From positions 11,960-75,959 of the forward strand of contig JBBTRQ010000008.1 in the NCBI GenBank assembly GCA_038065075.1: a stretch of DNA of 64,000 bases, given 5' to 3'. The position numbers were made by a program, and so were the translations under genes. The notes beneath the pieces were generated by a model. It had not been told where the DNA came from. It ran no database searches and saw nothing but the letters and a program-made list of their open reading frames with translations. Shown one piece after another: positions 27,033 through 37,728 of the stretch (its first letter is position 1; every line of letters starts with the position of its first letter). This stretch comes from Patescibacteria group bacterium. Its GTDB lineage: Bacteria; Patescibacteriota; Patescibacteriia; UBA9934; GWF2-40-263.

Positions 27033-30000
27033 ATGTATCGATCCTGGAGGAAACAACTCGGGTTCCTAGTCGTCATGGCGATGACATTCGTCAGCCTGGT
27101 TCCTGTTGTCCAGGCGGCGAGTGCACCAAATATCGTCACCTATCAGGGACGTATCTTGAACGCGAACGGTGTCCCTGTTTCAGATTCAAGCTTGAGCATG
27201 ATTTTTGAACTGTATACGGCGGTTACCGGTGGAACGTGTGTGTGGTCGAACTCGTCGGCGACCTGTGCCTCGGCAACAGCTCGCACCGTCACACTCACAA
27301 CAGGACTGTTCACGGAGAACCTCGGAGATACGGGTTCATCCTATGCCGCGATCGCTGACTCCGTCTTCGGTGACAACGCCGCTCTTTACTTGCAAGTGAC
27401 CATTGGCGGCGAGCTTCTGTCTCCTCGCAAACAGATCACGGCCGCTCCCTACGCCCTCAATGCCGATACGCTCGACGGCATCGACTCGACCGTCTTGCAA
27501 CTTTTTGAAACAGGTTCGAGCCGCACATTTGAAGATGATGCACCGGTCATCATCGGTTCCAATGCGGCGTTCACCTACGGATCCGGCGCCACGGGCGACC
27601 TGCGCATTGACGATGAATTGGAAGTCATGGGCGATGGGTACATTGATAATGATCTTGTGGTTGGAGCTTCCACCTCCAGCACCGAGACGATTGCCAATGT
27701 TGCCTTCAGTTTGTCCGGGAACGATTTGTTCGTCGCGAGCGACTTAGGCGTTGAAGGGACGGTGTACGTGGATGGAGCGCTCGACCTGGTCGGCACGGCC
27801 ACCGTTGGCGATCTCGCCTGCACGGACTGTATTGCGGCGGCTGAAGTGTCGGACATCTACGTTTTTAATTCTGGCGATGTGATTACGGGGGAGATCACAA
27901 TGAATGACGGGACAGCCGACTCGCCAAAGTTGACCTTCGCGCCGGCGACCGGAACCAGCTGGGAGCTATACGCGGATGATACGACGGATGATTTTCAACT
28001 TGTTGTGAACACGGCTTCCACCGAGACGTTTGATTTTATCAATGGCGGTGCAGGAGTTCTGGACGTGACGCTTGATGGCGACCTCACCATCACCGGCGAC
28101 GACCTCACCATGGGTACCAACACGAGCGGTTTCTTCCTGGTCGCCGACGGGACAAACTATAACCCCGTCGCCCTTTCCGGAGACGCCACGCTTGCGTCCA
28201 CGGGCGCGCTCACGATCGCCGCGAACTCCGTCGCGCTTTCAACCGACACCACTGGCAACTACGTGGCCACGCTCGCGGACGGGGGTGGCGGCGACTTTAC
28301 GGTGTCGGGCTCCGGATCGGAGGGAGCGGCAGTCACCATCGCGCTTGCCGCCGATGCCTGGGATTTTGCCGATTTTGAGGACACATTGGATTTGGACGCG
28401 GCAACGGATATCAATTTGGGCGCCAACCTCTTTTCGATCGACTTGGATTCCACGGGCGACTTCGCCATACGCGATGGCACAACCAACGTCGCGCTGTTTG
28501 AGGACGACTCTACGATCGATATAACTTTTCCGGCTACGGCCTTTCTGACGATCGACGCCGCCACGACCGCCAACAGCAATACGACCGGTGTAATTGATTT
28601 GAACGTCAGCGCGGCTGATGCGGCCGTAGACGCGCTTAACATCGCGCTCGTGCAAAACAATGGCGCGACCGGCGGGACGCAGGCGACGGGAGTGGAGTTG
28701 ACCCTGGAGGGCAACGATGCCGACGGGGACATGTTCGGGATGCGTGTTACAACCACCGCCCCGACCAACGCCGCCGCCTGAACCTACGACGCTCTGCTCG
28801 TCCTCACCAACAACGAGAACACGGCCGGCGCGGTAACGGACGCGATCCGCATCACCTCTGGCGCAGGTACCGTCGGATCGATCACCACCGGACTGGATTT
28901 TGACACGACTGACATCACCACGGACATCGAGTTTCAAAACGGTGCGACGCTCGCCAACGACACGGACAGCAACCTGGCGTTTGTCGAAAACAGTTTGACT
29001 CTGAACCTGGATTTTTCCGAAGTCGCCTCCACGATTCAGCTTGAAACAGGTTCGGACTTTGACATTGACGGCTCCGCGAACGGGGAGGACGCCATTGAGA
29101 TAAACGCTTCTGCCGGCGGCATTAACATCCTGGCCTCCGATGCGGCTGATGGCGAGGATATCGACATCATCGCCACGGGTTCCTCGGTGCACATCTCCTC
29201 CACGCAGGCCGCGACCGACGCCATCGTGTTGGACACTTCGACCGAAGCCTCGGGCATCATTTTGATCGCCGGGGACAACGAAGTGGACGGGCCGGGTGCG
29301 AACGGCAATGACATTGCCCTGCGCGCGGAGGATGATGTCATCATTTCCCCCACGGCCGGAGGGCAAGTCATCATTGACGCGGCAACGGATGTGGACTCGA
29401 CGTTGACCAGCCAAGGCGTGCTACAACTGCAAGTGGACACGTCCACCAACGCGAACAATGGATTCGTGATTGATTATCAATCGGTGGCCGATGCGGGCGT
29501 GGACAATTTGTTCGCGCAGTCGATCCTGCTTGCCATCGACAACGACGCGAGCGCGACGGACACCGTTGTGGGACTGTATATTTCCTCGTCCAATTTGGAC
29601 GTGAGCGGTGCGGGGACAGGCATCCGTATTGAGAAAGCGGAGACGACGGCAACCGGTGACGCAGACATGTCGGTCGGACTGCATCTGGTCAACATCGATA
29701 CGGACGCGGATGCCGGTGGCGGTGGTGATCAAGCCTCGGACATCAGCAATGGCATCTACTTTGAATCCACGCCAGGCACGACCGGCGGATTTGTCTACGG
29801 ACTCAATTTTGATAACGCGGACATCACCACGGCGGAGATCGTTTTTGAAAATGGGGACACGCTTGCCAACCAAACCGATGGCACGTTTACGTTTGGACGC
29901 GATACCGATGCCGCCATTACGCTTTTGGCTGCGGATTCCTCCGGCGCGACCAACCTCACGATCGATACGACCGGCGCGGGCGCCATGACGCTTGGCTCTA

Positions 30001-32705
30001 GCGACGTTACATCCATCACGCTCACTACCGATAACGGCGCGGCCGCAGACGTGGGCATCACCGGCGGACTGACCGTCACTTCTGGGGCAACGCATAATTC
30101 GTTTACCGTCACTTCGTCGGCTGATGGGGAAACGGGCGCCGTGGTAACCGCGAACAGTTTGACCACCGGCAAGGGAGCGTCCATTACCTCTACGTCCACG
30201 GCGTTTACGTCCGGAACGCTTTTGGACGTCGATTACGACGCCAGCGGATCGCTGTCAGCCAAGTCGATCTCGTTCGCCGAGATCACGGGCGTTCGCGAGA
30301 ACACCGCAACGGTTGGGACATTGAGCGACAACTATGATCTCGCCAGATTCGTTCGCTCCAGCACGCAAAACGGAACCGGGGGAACGTTCAGCTCTATAGG
30401 ATCCGTGCTGTATGTAGAGAACGCCGTGGCTGCAACGGCTGGAAGTATCACCGATACAACCAATGGAATCGAAGTGGTGATGGACGCGGATGGCACGGGC
30501 CACGGGGCGATCATTACTATGGGAACCGTGGGTGCCCCCGCGGCAAACGGCGTGAACAATCAAGGTCTCGTGATCGATGTCAATGAGGCGGCAACGGCAG
30601 ACGCCGTGTTCTTGATTCGTTCCGATGCCGATGGCACACCTGACACGGAGTTTCGCATCGATAACGACGGAGATTTTCAATACGATGGCACAAGTTCGAC
30701 ACCCGCGTCCGACTTGGCGGAAGTCTATCCGTCCGATCAAGCGCTTGCGCCAGGAGACCTTGTGGCGCTGGATTCGTCCGGAGGATTGAAGATCGTCAAA
30801 ACGACGACGCCATTTCAAGGAGGTTTGTTTGGCGCGATTTCCACAAAACCGGCCATCAGAATGGGAGCTGAAGTTATAGGGTATGACGTCGCTCTGGTTG
30901 GACGTGTTCCGCTGAACGTCTCCGGCGAGGCCGGGAAGATCGCCGTGGGAGATCCGCTCACAGCGAGCGCGACCGTCGGCCATGCCATGAAGGCCACGCA
31001 CTCCGGCATGATCGTGGGTTACGCGCTTGAAGCGTTTGAGCAATCCGGAACCGGTGTCATCAACGCGTTTATCGATGTCGGTTGGTTTGCGGGAAATGTG
31101 ATTGGTACGGACGGTCGCTCTACGATCGTAACCGATACCGTTGTCGTTGCGCCGTTGGGAACGGCGACGATGAGCGCCCAGACGTTTGATTCCTACGGCC
31201 TTGCGTTGCGCGGCTCTGCATGGAACGGGAACGAGGCCTCCGCGGTCGCGATGATGCTTCAAAACGTCGTCACCTCGCAAGACGATTATCGGTTGAGCGT
31301 CCGTAACACAACCGAAACAGAAGTCGCTTTCATCACCAATGAGGGAACGATGAAGATCGCCGGCGATATGGTCATTGGTGGACGACTGTATCCATCCGAC
31401 CGTGGCACGACGCAAACAGAAAAATACATTTACTACGATGGCTCTTCAGGAGCCGCCGGAGATTTCATGCGCACCAACGCGAAAGGTTGGTCCACGGGGT
31501 CGTATGACTTTGCCGAGATGTTCCCGTCTGACCAAGAACTCACCTCGGGTGATGTGGTGGTGTTTGCCGGCTCTGGCGAGACGGTCGTTCGTGCGACCGG
31601 CGGGACGGGTGAGCAACTTGCGGGTATCGTCTCAACCCGACCAGGATTCCTGGCGGGCGAAAACGTAGCTGGGGCGTATCCAATCGCCCTGGCTGGTCGC
31701 GTGCCCACAAAGGTGAGCACACAAAACGGTTCCATCATTGTAGGCGATCCACTCACCGCCTCGACCACGGCAGGAGTCGCCATGAAAGCAAGCGAGGCTG
31801 GGCAAATTATCGGGTACGCGCTTGAGAGCTACACGGGTGATGAATCAGATAATCTCATTCTTGCGTATGTGAACGTTGGATATTGGTCCGGTGGTCCTCA
31901 AACGATCATGATCATGCAAAACGTGGCAAGCGAGGCTCCCGCGAGCACGCAGAACTACACGGCGCTCAACATGAGCGGAAACATTTTCATGGCGACGAAT
32001 TCGATTCTCTCGATCGGACGGCTTGAGGGCATCGGCGCGCTATGGTCGATCGAATCGGACGGAACGATCAAGACGCAGGGCGAACTCAAGACCGTCACGT
32101 TGTCCTACCAAGGGGTCAACGTCGAGACTGTCGCCGTCACGTCCCCGGAGAGTGTCATCACTCTTACCGGCACATCGACGCTCGTCGACGGAAAGGCGGA
32201 AGTACGATTCGAAGACATCATGCCCGAGTTTAATGATGTGATCTCGGCGATCGCGCCGATCCGCGTGATCGTCACGCCCTCGGGGCCAGTCTCGTTGTAC
32301 GTTTCAGAAAAAGATCAGAACCATTTCGTTGTCGAGCGCTTCGTCGGCTCAACCGATGTCGAGTTTGACTGGATGGTGACGGGATATCGTAAGGGGTTTG
32401 AACCGGAAGAAGAGGAGGAAGATGTCGTCGAGGAAGAGACGCAACAAACCAGTGTCATCCCGCCTGCCCACCAAAGCCTTGGCGTCGGTGGGAGCGAAAC
32501 GAGCGAAGCGAGTGAAGTCGAGGGATCTCCAGTTGTTGATGCCGAGTCTGAAGAAGAACAACCAGAACCCGTCGTAGAAGAAGAACCCGCATCTCCGGAG
32601 AGTCCGGACGAAACCCTTATCGATTCCGCGACCCAGGATGATGGCGGCCAAGCGGCCGAGCCGTCCAATGTCGTAATCGAAGAACCATCGACGCTAGAGC
32701 CCTAA
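27033..32705 (+). CDS. giant adhesin / tail-fibre-like surface protein (~1890 codons) interrupted by one in-frame TGA at 28779-28781
   Basis: ORFs 27033-28781 and 28995-32705 share a frame and the gap is open (AAA*TYDALLV...); two DLAE/DFAE chaperone-like domains near the C-terminus. Confidence 0.8.
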
Positions 32706-32974
32706 CCGCTAATCGTCGAAACGCTCATTCAACACACTTCTCCGGACCTTTCCCTTCTTCTCATTTGAGGAGGACGGTGCTGGTCCGCACACGGGTTCCA
32801 TGCTTGCCCTGTGGCCTACGCAAGGCGTGAGGTGACAACCAAACCCCCTGCAACGTGACAGGAAAGACATTTATGATGAGGCGATGTTGCTATTGCCCGA
32901 TCATGAATGCGGTCTCAAGTGCAGACCTACCCACCTTCGCCGAGGCTTCGGCGGGTGGGGCACAATTGAATAGC

Positions 32975-33008
32975 AAAAGCCCGCGGGACCCCACACCTGC
33001 GGCTTTTG
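32975..33008. terminator. bidirectional-type terminator
   Basis: AAAAGCCCGCGGG...CCTGCGGCTTTT. Confidence 0.6.
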
Positions 33009-33026
33009 CGTTATAATGGGTGAACT

Positions 33027-35381
33027 ATGCACAAAGGAGGTCATTTACTTTCTGCTACGCGCGCGCTCCTCTTGATTCTGCTTTTTTTGGTTCCGTTATT
33101 TTTCTTGCCGTTCACCCTGGAACCGCTGGAGTTTAACAAACAAACACTTGTCCTCATCCTAACCTGCGCCGCGGCTCTGTGCTGGCTCGCCAGCATGCTT
33201 CTTGGGCGCGAAGTGAAGATTCGTTTGGGATGGGTGAATGTGCTCCCGTGGTTTTTTGTTGCCGCTTTTTTGGTGCCGGCGTTTTATTCTGTCGCGCCTT
33301 ATCTCTCTTGGTTCGGCGCGCATCGTGGGGAGTACACATCTGTCTTAACCGTGCTTGCCGTCGCGATTCTTTTTTATCTGATTGCCAACACAGCAAGTGA
33401 GAGATCCACGCACAAGCGCATCCATGTGGTTTTGCTGGTGAGTAGCAGTCTTGTTGCACTGTTCCCTCTGCTGTCGCTATTTGGCGTGAACATCTTTTCT
33501 TCATTTGCGCTCAATACCGTCGGGACGATGAGCGGCTTTGTGACGTTTCTTGTTACGCTAAACGTCTTTTTTCTCGCGGCGTATCTTTCCCATCATGCGC
33601 ATGACTCCCTTTTGTATGAAGGTCTCACGGGGGTCATTCAGCGAATTTTGTGCCTGTTCCTCTTGCTCGCGACGATCTTCTTTCTCCTGGTTCTTGATGA
33701 TCCTTCGCTGTGGGCGCTATTCGCTGTCTCCTTCGCCGTGTTGTTCACGTTTGTTATCTTTAGAGCGAAGGACTTTCTCCACCATGGTCGGCTCATTCTT
33801 CCGGGCATTTTGTTCCTCGGGAGTCTGGCGTTTTGGTTTGTCTTGCCCGGGCTCTCGTTTGTGTCGGTTCCTCTGGAAGTCACCCCCAACGCGAGTGGCT
33901 CTATGACCGTCGCCTCGCATGCGCTGGGCGCGTATTCGAGTAGTTGGGGATCGGGTCCTGGCACATACCAGTTTGATTACAGCCAGTTTCACGACCTGAG
34001 TCTCAACCAAACCGATTTTTGGGATACGCGTTTTGATCGTGCTTCCAGCTTTGTGCTCACCCTCGTGCCCACGATCGGCGTGTTTGGCGTGACCAGCTTG
34101 GGGTTGTTCGTCCTGCTGTTATTCATCCGCTCCATCGTCCAAGTTTTGCGTCCACCTTCGCGCGAGCTCTGGCTGGAGAGTTTTGTGCATATCGCTCCGT
34201 GGCTGACGCTTGTAGTGAGCGCGTTTCTTGTCCCGTGGAACATGACGCTGATTGTGACTTTTGGAATTTTTTCAGGCCTTCTTGCCTCGCAAGTGATGCG
34301 TCAGGAGTGGTCCAAGTCGTTTGCGAAAGCTCCGGGCGCCAAGCTCATTGTCGCATCGGTGTTCGTGGTGTTGTCACTTGGTTTCCTTGTGGGAATTTTC
34401 GTGACCTCACAGCGCTACGCGGCAGAGGTCGCGTTTAGCCGCGCTGTTGAACTTGATCGAGAGGGTGGTGATCTCCAAGAAATCGTCGCGCTTCTTGATC
34501 GAGCCAGCACACTCAACGCCTTCCACGATACGTACGTGCGCAACTTAGGTGAAGCCCTTCTCCTGCGCGTGGATGAGGAGCTTTCCGGTGTGAGCTCGCT
34601 TGATACGCTTACCGACGAGTCAGCTGTATACGTTCAGTCGCTCACGGCCGCGAGTGTGAATGCGGTCGCGCGCGCGACGGAACTCTCGCCCAACAATGTG
34701 TTGAACTGGCTTTCGCGCGGGTTGGTCTATCGAGAATTGATTCCTGTTTTGGGAGAGGCCAGCGCGTTTGCGGTCGCGAGCTATCAGCGCGCGACGGAAC
34801 TCGAACCGTTGAGTCCGTCAAATTGGACAGAGCTTGGGATCACCTATCTTGCCGCGGCGGAACAGGCGCGACCTCTGACAGCCAGTACGGACGCGACAAC
34901 CGCGCAGGGCGCGCAAACACAGCTTACGACTCTGCTCGCGAGCGCTCAGGCCTCTTTTGAAAAAGCCGTTGAACTCAAACCCAATTATGCGCCCGCGCAT
35001 TTCCAGCTTGCCGTCACGTATGAACGGCAGGGACGCATGAATGACGCGATCGGCAAAATGGAGAGCGTCGCGCAATACAACCAGCTGGATGTCGGCGTGT
35101 TTTTCCAGCTCGGCATGTTGTACTTACAGCGTGATGGCATGGGGGACATGGATCGGGCACGAACGGCGTTTGAACACGCGGTGAAACTCGCCCCGGGATA
35201 CGCCAACGCACATTGGTTCCTCGCGTCGATCTATGAAGTTGAAGGCGATATAGCCGCGGCAGTTCGAGAAGTCGAGGCGGTGCTTGAACTAAACCCAAGC
35301 AATGACATTGTCGAAGCACGATTAGAGCGATTACTGACAGGCCAGATTTCAACCGAGATCCCAGAGGCGATTGAGGAGTAG
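33027..35381 (+). CDS. multi-TM membrane protein (O-antigen ligase-like) with C-terminal TPR repeats
   Basis: About 13 TM helices, GSGPGTY loop, repeated AxELxP TPR units. Confidence 0.8.
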   Translation: MHKGGHLLSATRALLLILLFLVPLFFLPFTLEPLEFNKQTLVLILTCAAALCWLASMLLGREVKIRLGWVNVLPWFFVAAFLVPAFYSVAPYLSWFGAHRGEYTSVLTVLAVAILFYLIANTASERSTHKRIHVVLLVSSSLVALFPLLSLFGVNIFSSFALNTVGTMSGFVTFLVTLNVFFLAAYLSHHAHDSLLYEGLTGVIQRILCLFLLLATIFFLLVLDDPSLWALFAVSFAVLFTFVIFRAKDFLHHGRLILPGILFLGSLAFWFVLPGLSFVSVPLEVTPNASGSMTVASHALGAYSSSWGSGPGTYQFDYSQFHDLSLNQTDFWDTRFDRASSFVLTLVPTIGVFGVTSLGLFVLLLFIRSIVQVLRPPSRELWLESFVHIAPWLTLVVSAFLVPWNMTLIVTFGIFSGLLASQVMRQEWSKSFAKAPGAKLIVASVFVVLSLGFLVGIFVTSQRYAAEVAFSRAVELDREGGDLQEIVALLDRASTLNAFHDTYVRNLGEALLLRVDEELSGVSSLDTLTDESAVYVQSLTAASVNAVARATELSPNNVLNWLSRGLVYRELIPVLGEASAFAVASYQRATELEPLSPSNWTELGITYLAAAEQARPLTASTDATTAQGAQTQLTTLLASAQASFEKAVELKPNYAPAHFQLAVTYERQGRMNDAIGKMESVAQYNQLDVGVFFQLGMLYLQRDGMGDMDRARTAFEHAVKLAPGYANAHWFLASIYEVEGDIAAAVREVEAVLELNPSNDIVEARLERLLTGQISTEIPEAIEE

Positions 35382-35413
35382 GAAACATTGTCGAAAATGC
35401 CCTGCAATATGCA

Positions 35414-35452
35414 GGGGGCACATAAGTGCCGATCGGACCTAATATGCCCCCC
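35414..35452. repeat. left inverted repeat / palindrome of PaaX-like gene 1
   Basis: GGGGGCACATAAGTGCCGATCGGACC; 25/26 match to the reverse complement of 35988-36013. Confidence 0.88.
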
Positions 35453-35974
35453 AAAAAAGAACAAAAGGCTCTAAACGAACATTCTCGTACGGCGGAGCTA
35501 CTGGTCGAATTGGTTGATGATCTCGATCTTATTTTTACTTTCGGCTACCAACCTTTTGCCGTGATGAAATACGGAATGTCCGGTATTCGAGAAATGCGGG
35601 AGGCTCGAAAAAGGAGACGGGAGCGGGAGACCCTCCGTCGGCTCAAGGAAAAGAAACTGATCCAGATCGAAAAGCGGGCCGGTGATATCTATGTAGCCCT
35701 CACAGAAACTGGAGCAAAAGAATATCTGCGGCTGAAGGTACTTGATGCGGATTTGTATGAAGATGACCGTGAGTGTTTGGTTGTTTTTGATATTCCGGAG
35801 TCAAAACGAAAACTAAGAAAGTCACTTCGGGAGTTTTTATCAAACGCCGGGTTCATACCAATTCAAAAAAGCGTTTGGATTTCAAAGTTTGATGCCGGCA
35901 AAGCTATCAGTAAACTGCTGACGGTAAAAGGTTCAAAGCATTGGGTGAGGATTTTTGAAGTTCGAGAACAGTAG
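35444..35974 (+). CDS. PaaX-like protein (wHTH plus Cas2-fold domain)
   Basis: L.RLK.K.LI...LT..G wHTH; VVFDIPE..RK.R..LR..L...GF...QKSVW. Confidence 0.85.
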   Translation: MPPKKEQKALNEHSRTAELLVELVDDLDLIFTFGYQPFAVMKYGMSGIREMREARKRRRERETLRRLKEKKLIQIEKRAGDIYVALTETGAKEYLRLKVLDADLYEDDRECLVVFDIPESKRKLRKSLREFLSNAGFIPIQKSVWISKFDAGKAISKLLTVKGSKHWVRIFEVREQ

Positions 35975-35977
35975 AAG

Positions 35978-36014
35978 CCCCACATAGGGTCCGATCGGCA
36001 CCTATGTGCCCCCC
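35978..36014. repeat. right inverted repeat / palindrome of PaaX-like gene 1
   Basis: CCCCACATAGGGTCCGATCGGCACCTATGTGCCCCCC. Confidence 0.88.
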
Positions 36015-36084
36015 GATTGTTTTTGAGTCGGCTGATGTTAGTTCGCGTTCAAACAAAACTCCCCGTCAGCGACGAGGAGTTTTG

Positions 36085-36160
36085 TGGTGGACCCTAGCGG
36101 GATCGAACCGCTGACCTTCTCCATGCCATGGAGACGCGCTACCAGCTGCGCTAAGGGCCC
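36085..36160 (-). tRNA. tRNA-Ala(GGC)
   Basis: Cloverleaf, loop AT-GGC-AT, CCA end. Confidence 0.93.
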
Positions 36161-36259
36161 ATGAAGTTCGAGCAAAAGTCTATCAGTTCAGTGATGGGAA
36201 ATCAAGAATCCTTTGGTCATACAATAATAAAAGGAGCCGGGGGGCTCCTCGTGGGGGCG

Positions 36260-36778
36260 CTAGCTGGTGAGCGCCATCAAGACGCTGTCGGGGATGGTGA
36301 TCCCCTCGACCTTCGCGATCTCCGCGGCGAGCTCGATGAGCTCGGCCTGGAGGTTGTGCCCCCGGACGATCGAGACGAACTCGTCGGGGTTGTACTCATC
36401 GTCCTGGCTCAGGAACCAGTTCGCGGCGAAGAGAAGCATCTCCTCTTCCACCGGGCGGGTGAGGGTGCGGTCCAGACCGCTGAGGTCGTCGAAGACCTCC
36501 AGGACGGTGACGTCCCCACCGTGACCTTGGAAGGTGTAGTCGCCCCGCAAGGCGGGGATCTGGCCGTACAGGCCGGTGATGTCACCGCGCAGGTGGCTGG
36601 CATCACCCACGAGATCCTCGTGGACGTGGCCGTCCAGCGCGGAGAGGTTGCCGGTCAGGTTGGTGAGCGGTCCGGTGAGCGTCGAGACGTCACCGTGGCA
36701 GTCCTTCGCATCCCCCCACACACCCGCCGTCCCTTCGAGGTTCTGGGCGTTGATGAGGGTGGTTACATTGGGTCGCAT
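36260..36778 (-). CDS. GC-rich orphan with L-x-G heptad repeats
   Basis: LTGPLTN LTGNLSA LDG...LRGDITG LYGQIPA LRGD; high GC3. Confidence 0.7.
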   Translation of the reverse strand: MRPNVTTLINAQNLEGTAGVWGDAKDCHGDVSTLTGPLTNLTGNLSALDGHVHEDLVGDASHLRGDITGLYGQIPALRGDYTFQGHGGDVTVLEVFDDLSGLDRTLTRPVEEEMLLFAANWFLSQDDEYNPDEFVSIVRGHNLQAELIELAAEIAKVEGITIPDSVLMALTS

Positions 36779-36802
36779 CTCTTCTCATCCTTTCTCCGGG
36801 GT

Positions 36803-37621
36803 CTACGAACAAGTTCCCGGTTTCCACGATCCCTTGTTGAAGCGCATGGAGCGCTGGGTGCCGTCGTGGTCGATGACGATGTAGCAGTTTCCCAGTCGCG
36901 GGAGGCGGCTGTAGTTCTCGCATTGGTTCCACGCGCCACCGATGAGTTGCATCGGCAGAGCGTAGCCTTCTTGGCACCCGACCGCGTAGCAACCGTCGGG
37001 TTCGGGTCCGCCGCTCTTGCCGTGCAGGAGCGCGAAGCCCGTGCACGCGGGCGTTCCCCCGTCTTCCTGCGGGAGCGTGCGTTCGCGAGCGGGTACGGGA
37101 ATGGGTGTGGGCGCCGGTGTCGGCGTTGGCTCTGGAGACGGGGCGGGTGTCGGCGTCGGTTCGACGACGTCATCCTCCACCGCGATGTGCGCTGGACCAA
37201 ACGGATCGCGCTCCGGTCGGTCATCGGAGTCGAACTCCTCTTCGTCCGTCTCGTCCAAGGCCGTCGCTGGAGCGGCTTGCTGTGTCTGGTCTTGGATCGC
37301 GCGGCGCAGGAGATCGACCAAATCCCTGTCCCTGGTGATGATGACTGTGTTGCCGGTCACCTCGTCCGTGATAACGGCTCCTTCCTCACTCACCAGGAGC
37401 GTGGAGGAGTCGTCGTCTTCGGGCGCGTCCTCGACGGTTTGACGGCTGACGATCTGCACCGCCTTCGAGGGGAGCGTGAGCGCGGCGGCAAGGATGAGGA
37501 TGACGCCAAAGGTCTGGACGATGCCCTGCAGCCACCGCCTGTTGATCCGGATGCTGGCCATGAAGATCGAGGCGCCGATCCCCGCGACCAAGAAGTTCGT
37601 CGCAAACAGGAAGGGATCCAT
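36803..37621 (-). CDS. GC-rich orphan: 2 TM, acidic and PT linker, Cys-containing C-terminal domain
   Basis: AGGAG before ATG at 37621. Confidence 0.72.
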   Translation of the reverse strand: MDPFLFATNFLVAGIGASIFMASIRINRRWLQGIVQTFGVILILAAALTLPSKAVQIVSRQTVEDAPEDDDSSTLLVSEEGAVITDEVTGNTVIITRDRDLVDLLRRAIQDQTQQAAPATALDETDEEEFDSDDRPERDPFGPAHIAVEDDVVEPTPTPAPSPEPTPTPAPTPIPVPARERTLPQEDGGTPACTGFALLHGKSGGPEPDGCYAVGCQEGYALPMQLIGGAWNQCENYSRLPRLGNCYIVIDHDGTQRSMRFNKGSWKPGTCS

Positions 37622-37728
37622 GATGTCTCCTATTCGTTCCGGACAGGCGAGCATGACGCTCGTCAACCCGGGAAAATACCCCTCGCTTGCGAGCGAGGGG
37701 AGGAACCGACGCGATGCCGGTTACGTGT

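Noticed and set aside
28779-28781. Genome-wide TGA=Gly recoding (code 25) or selenocysteine
   Set aside because: TGA clearly ends other genes (mntA, epmA, rodZ), long core genes contain no internal TGA, and no SECIS-like hairpin or Cys-type context is evident.
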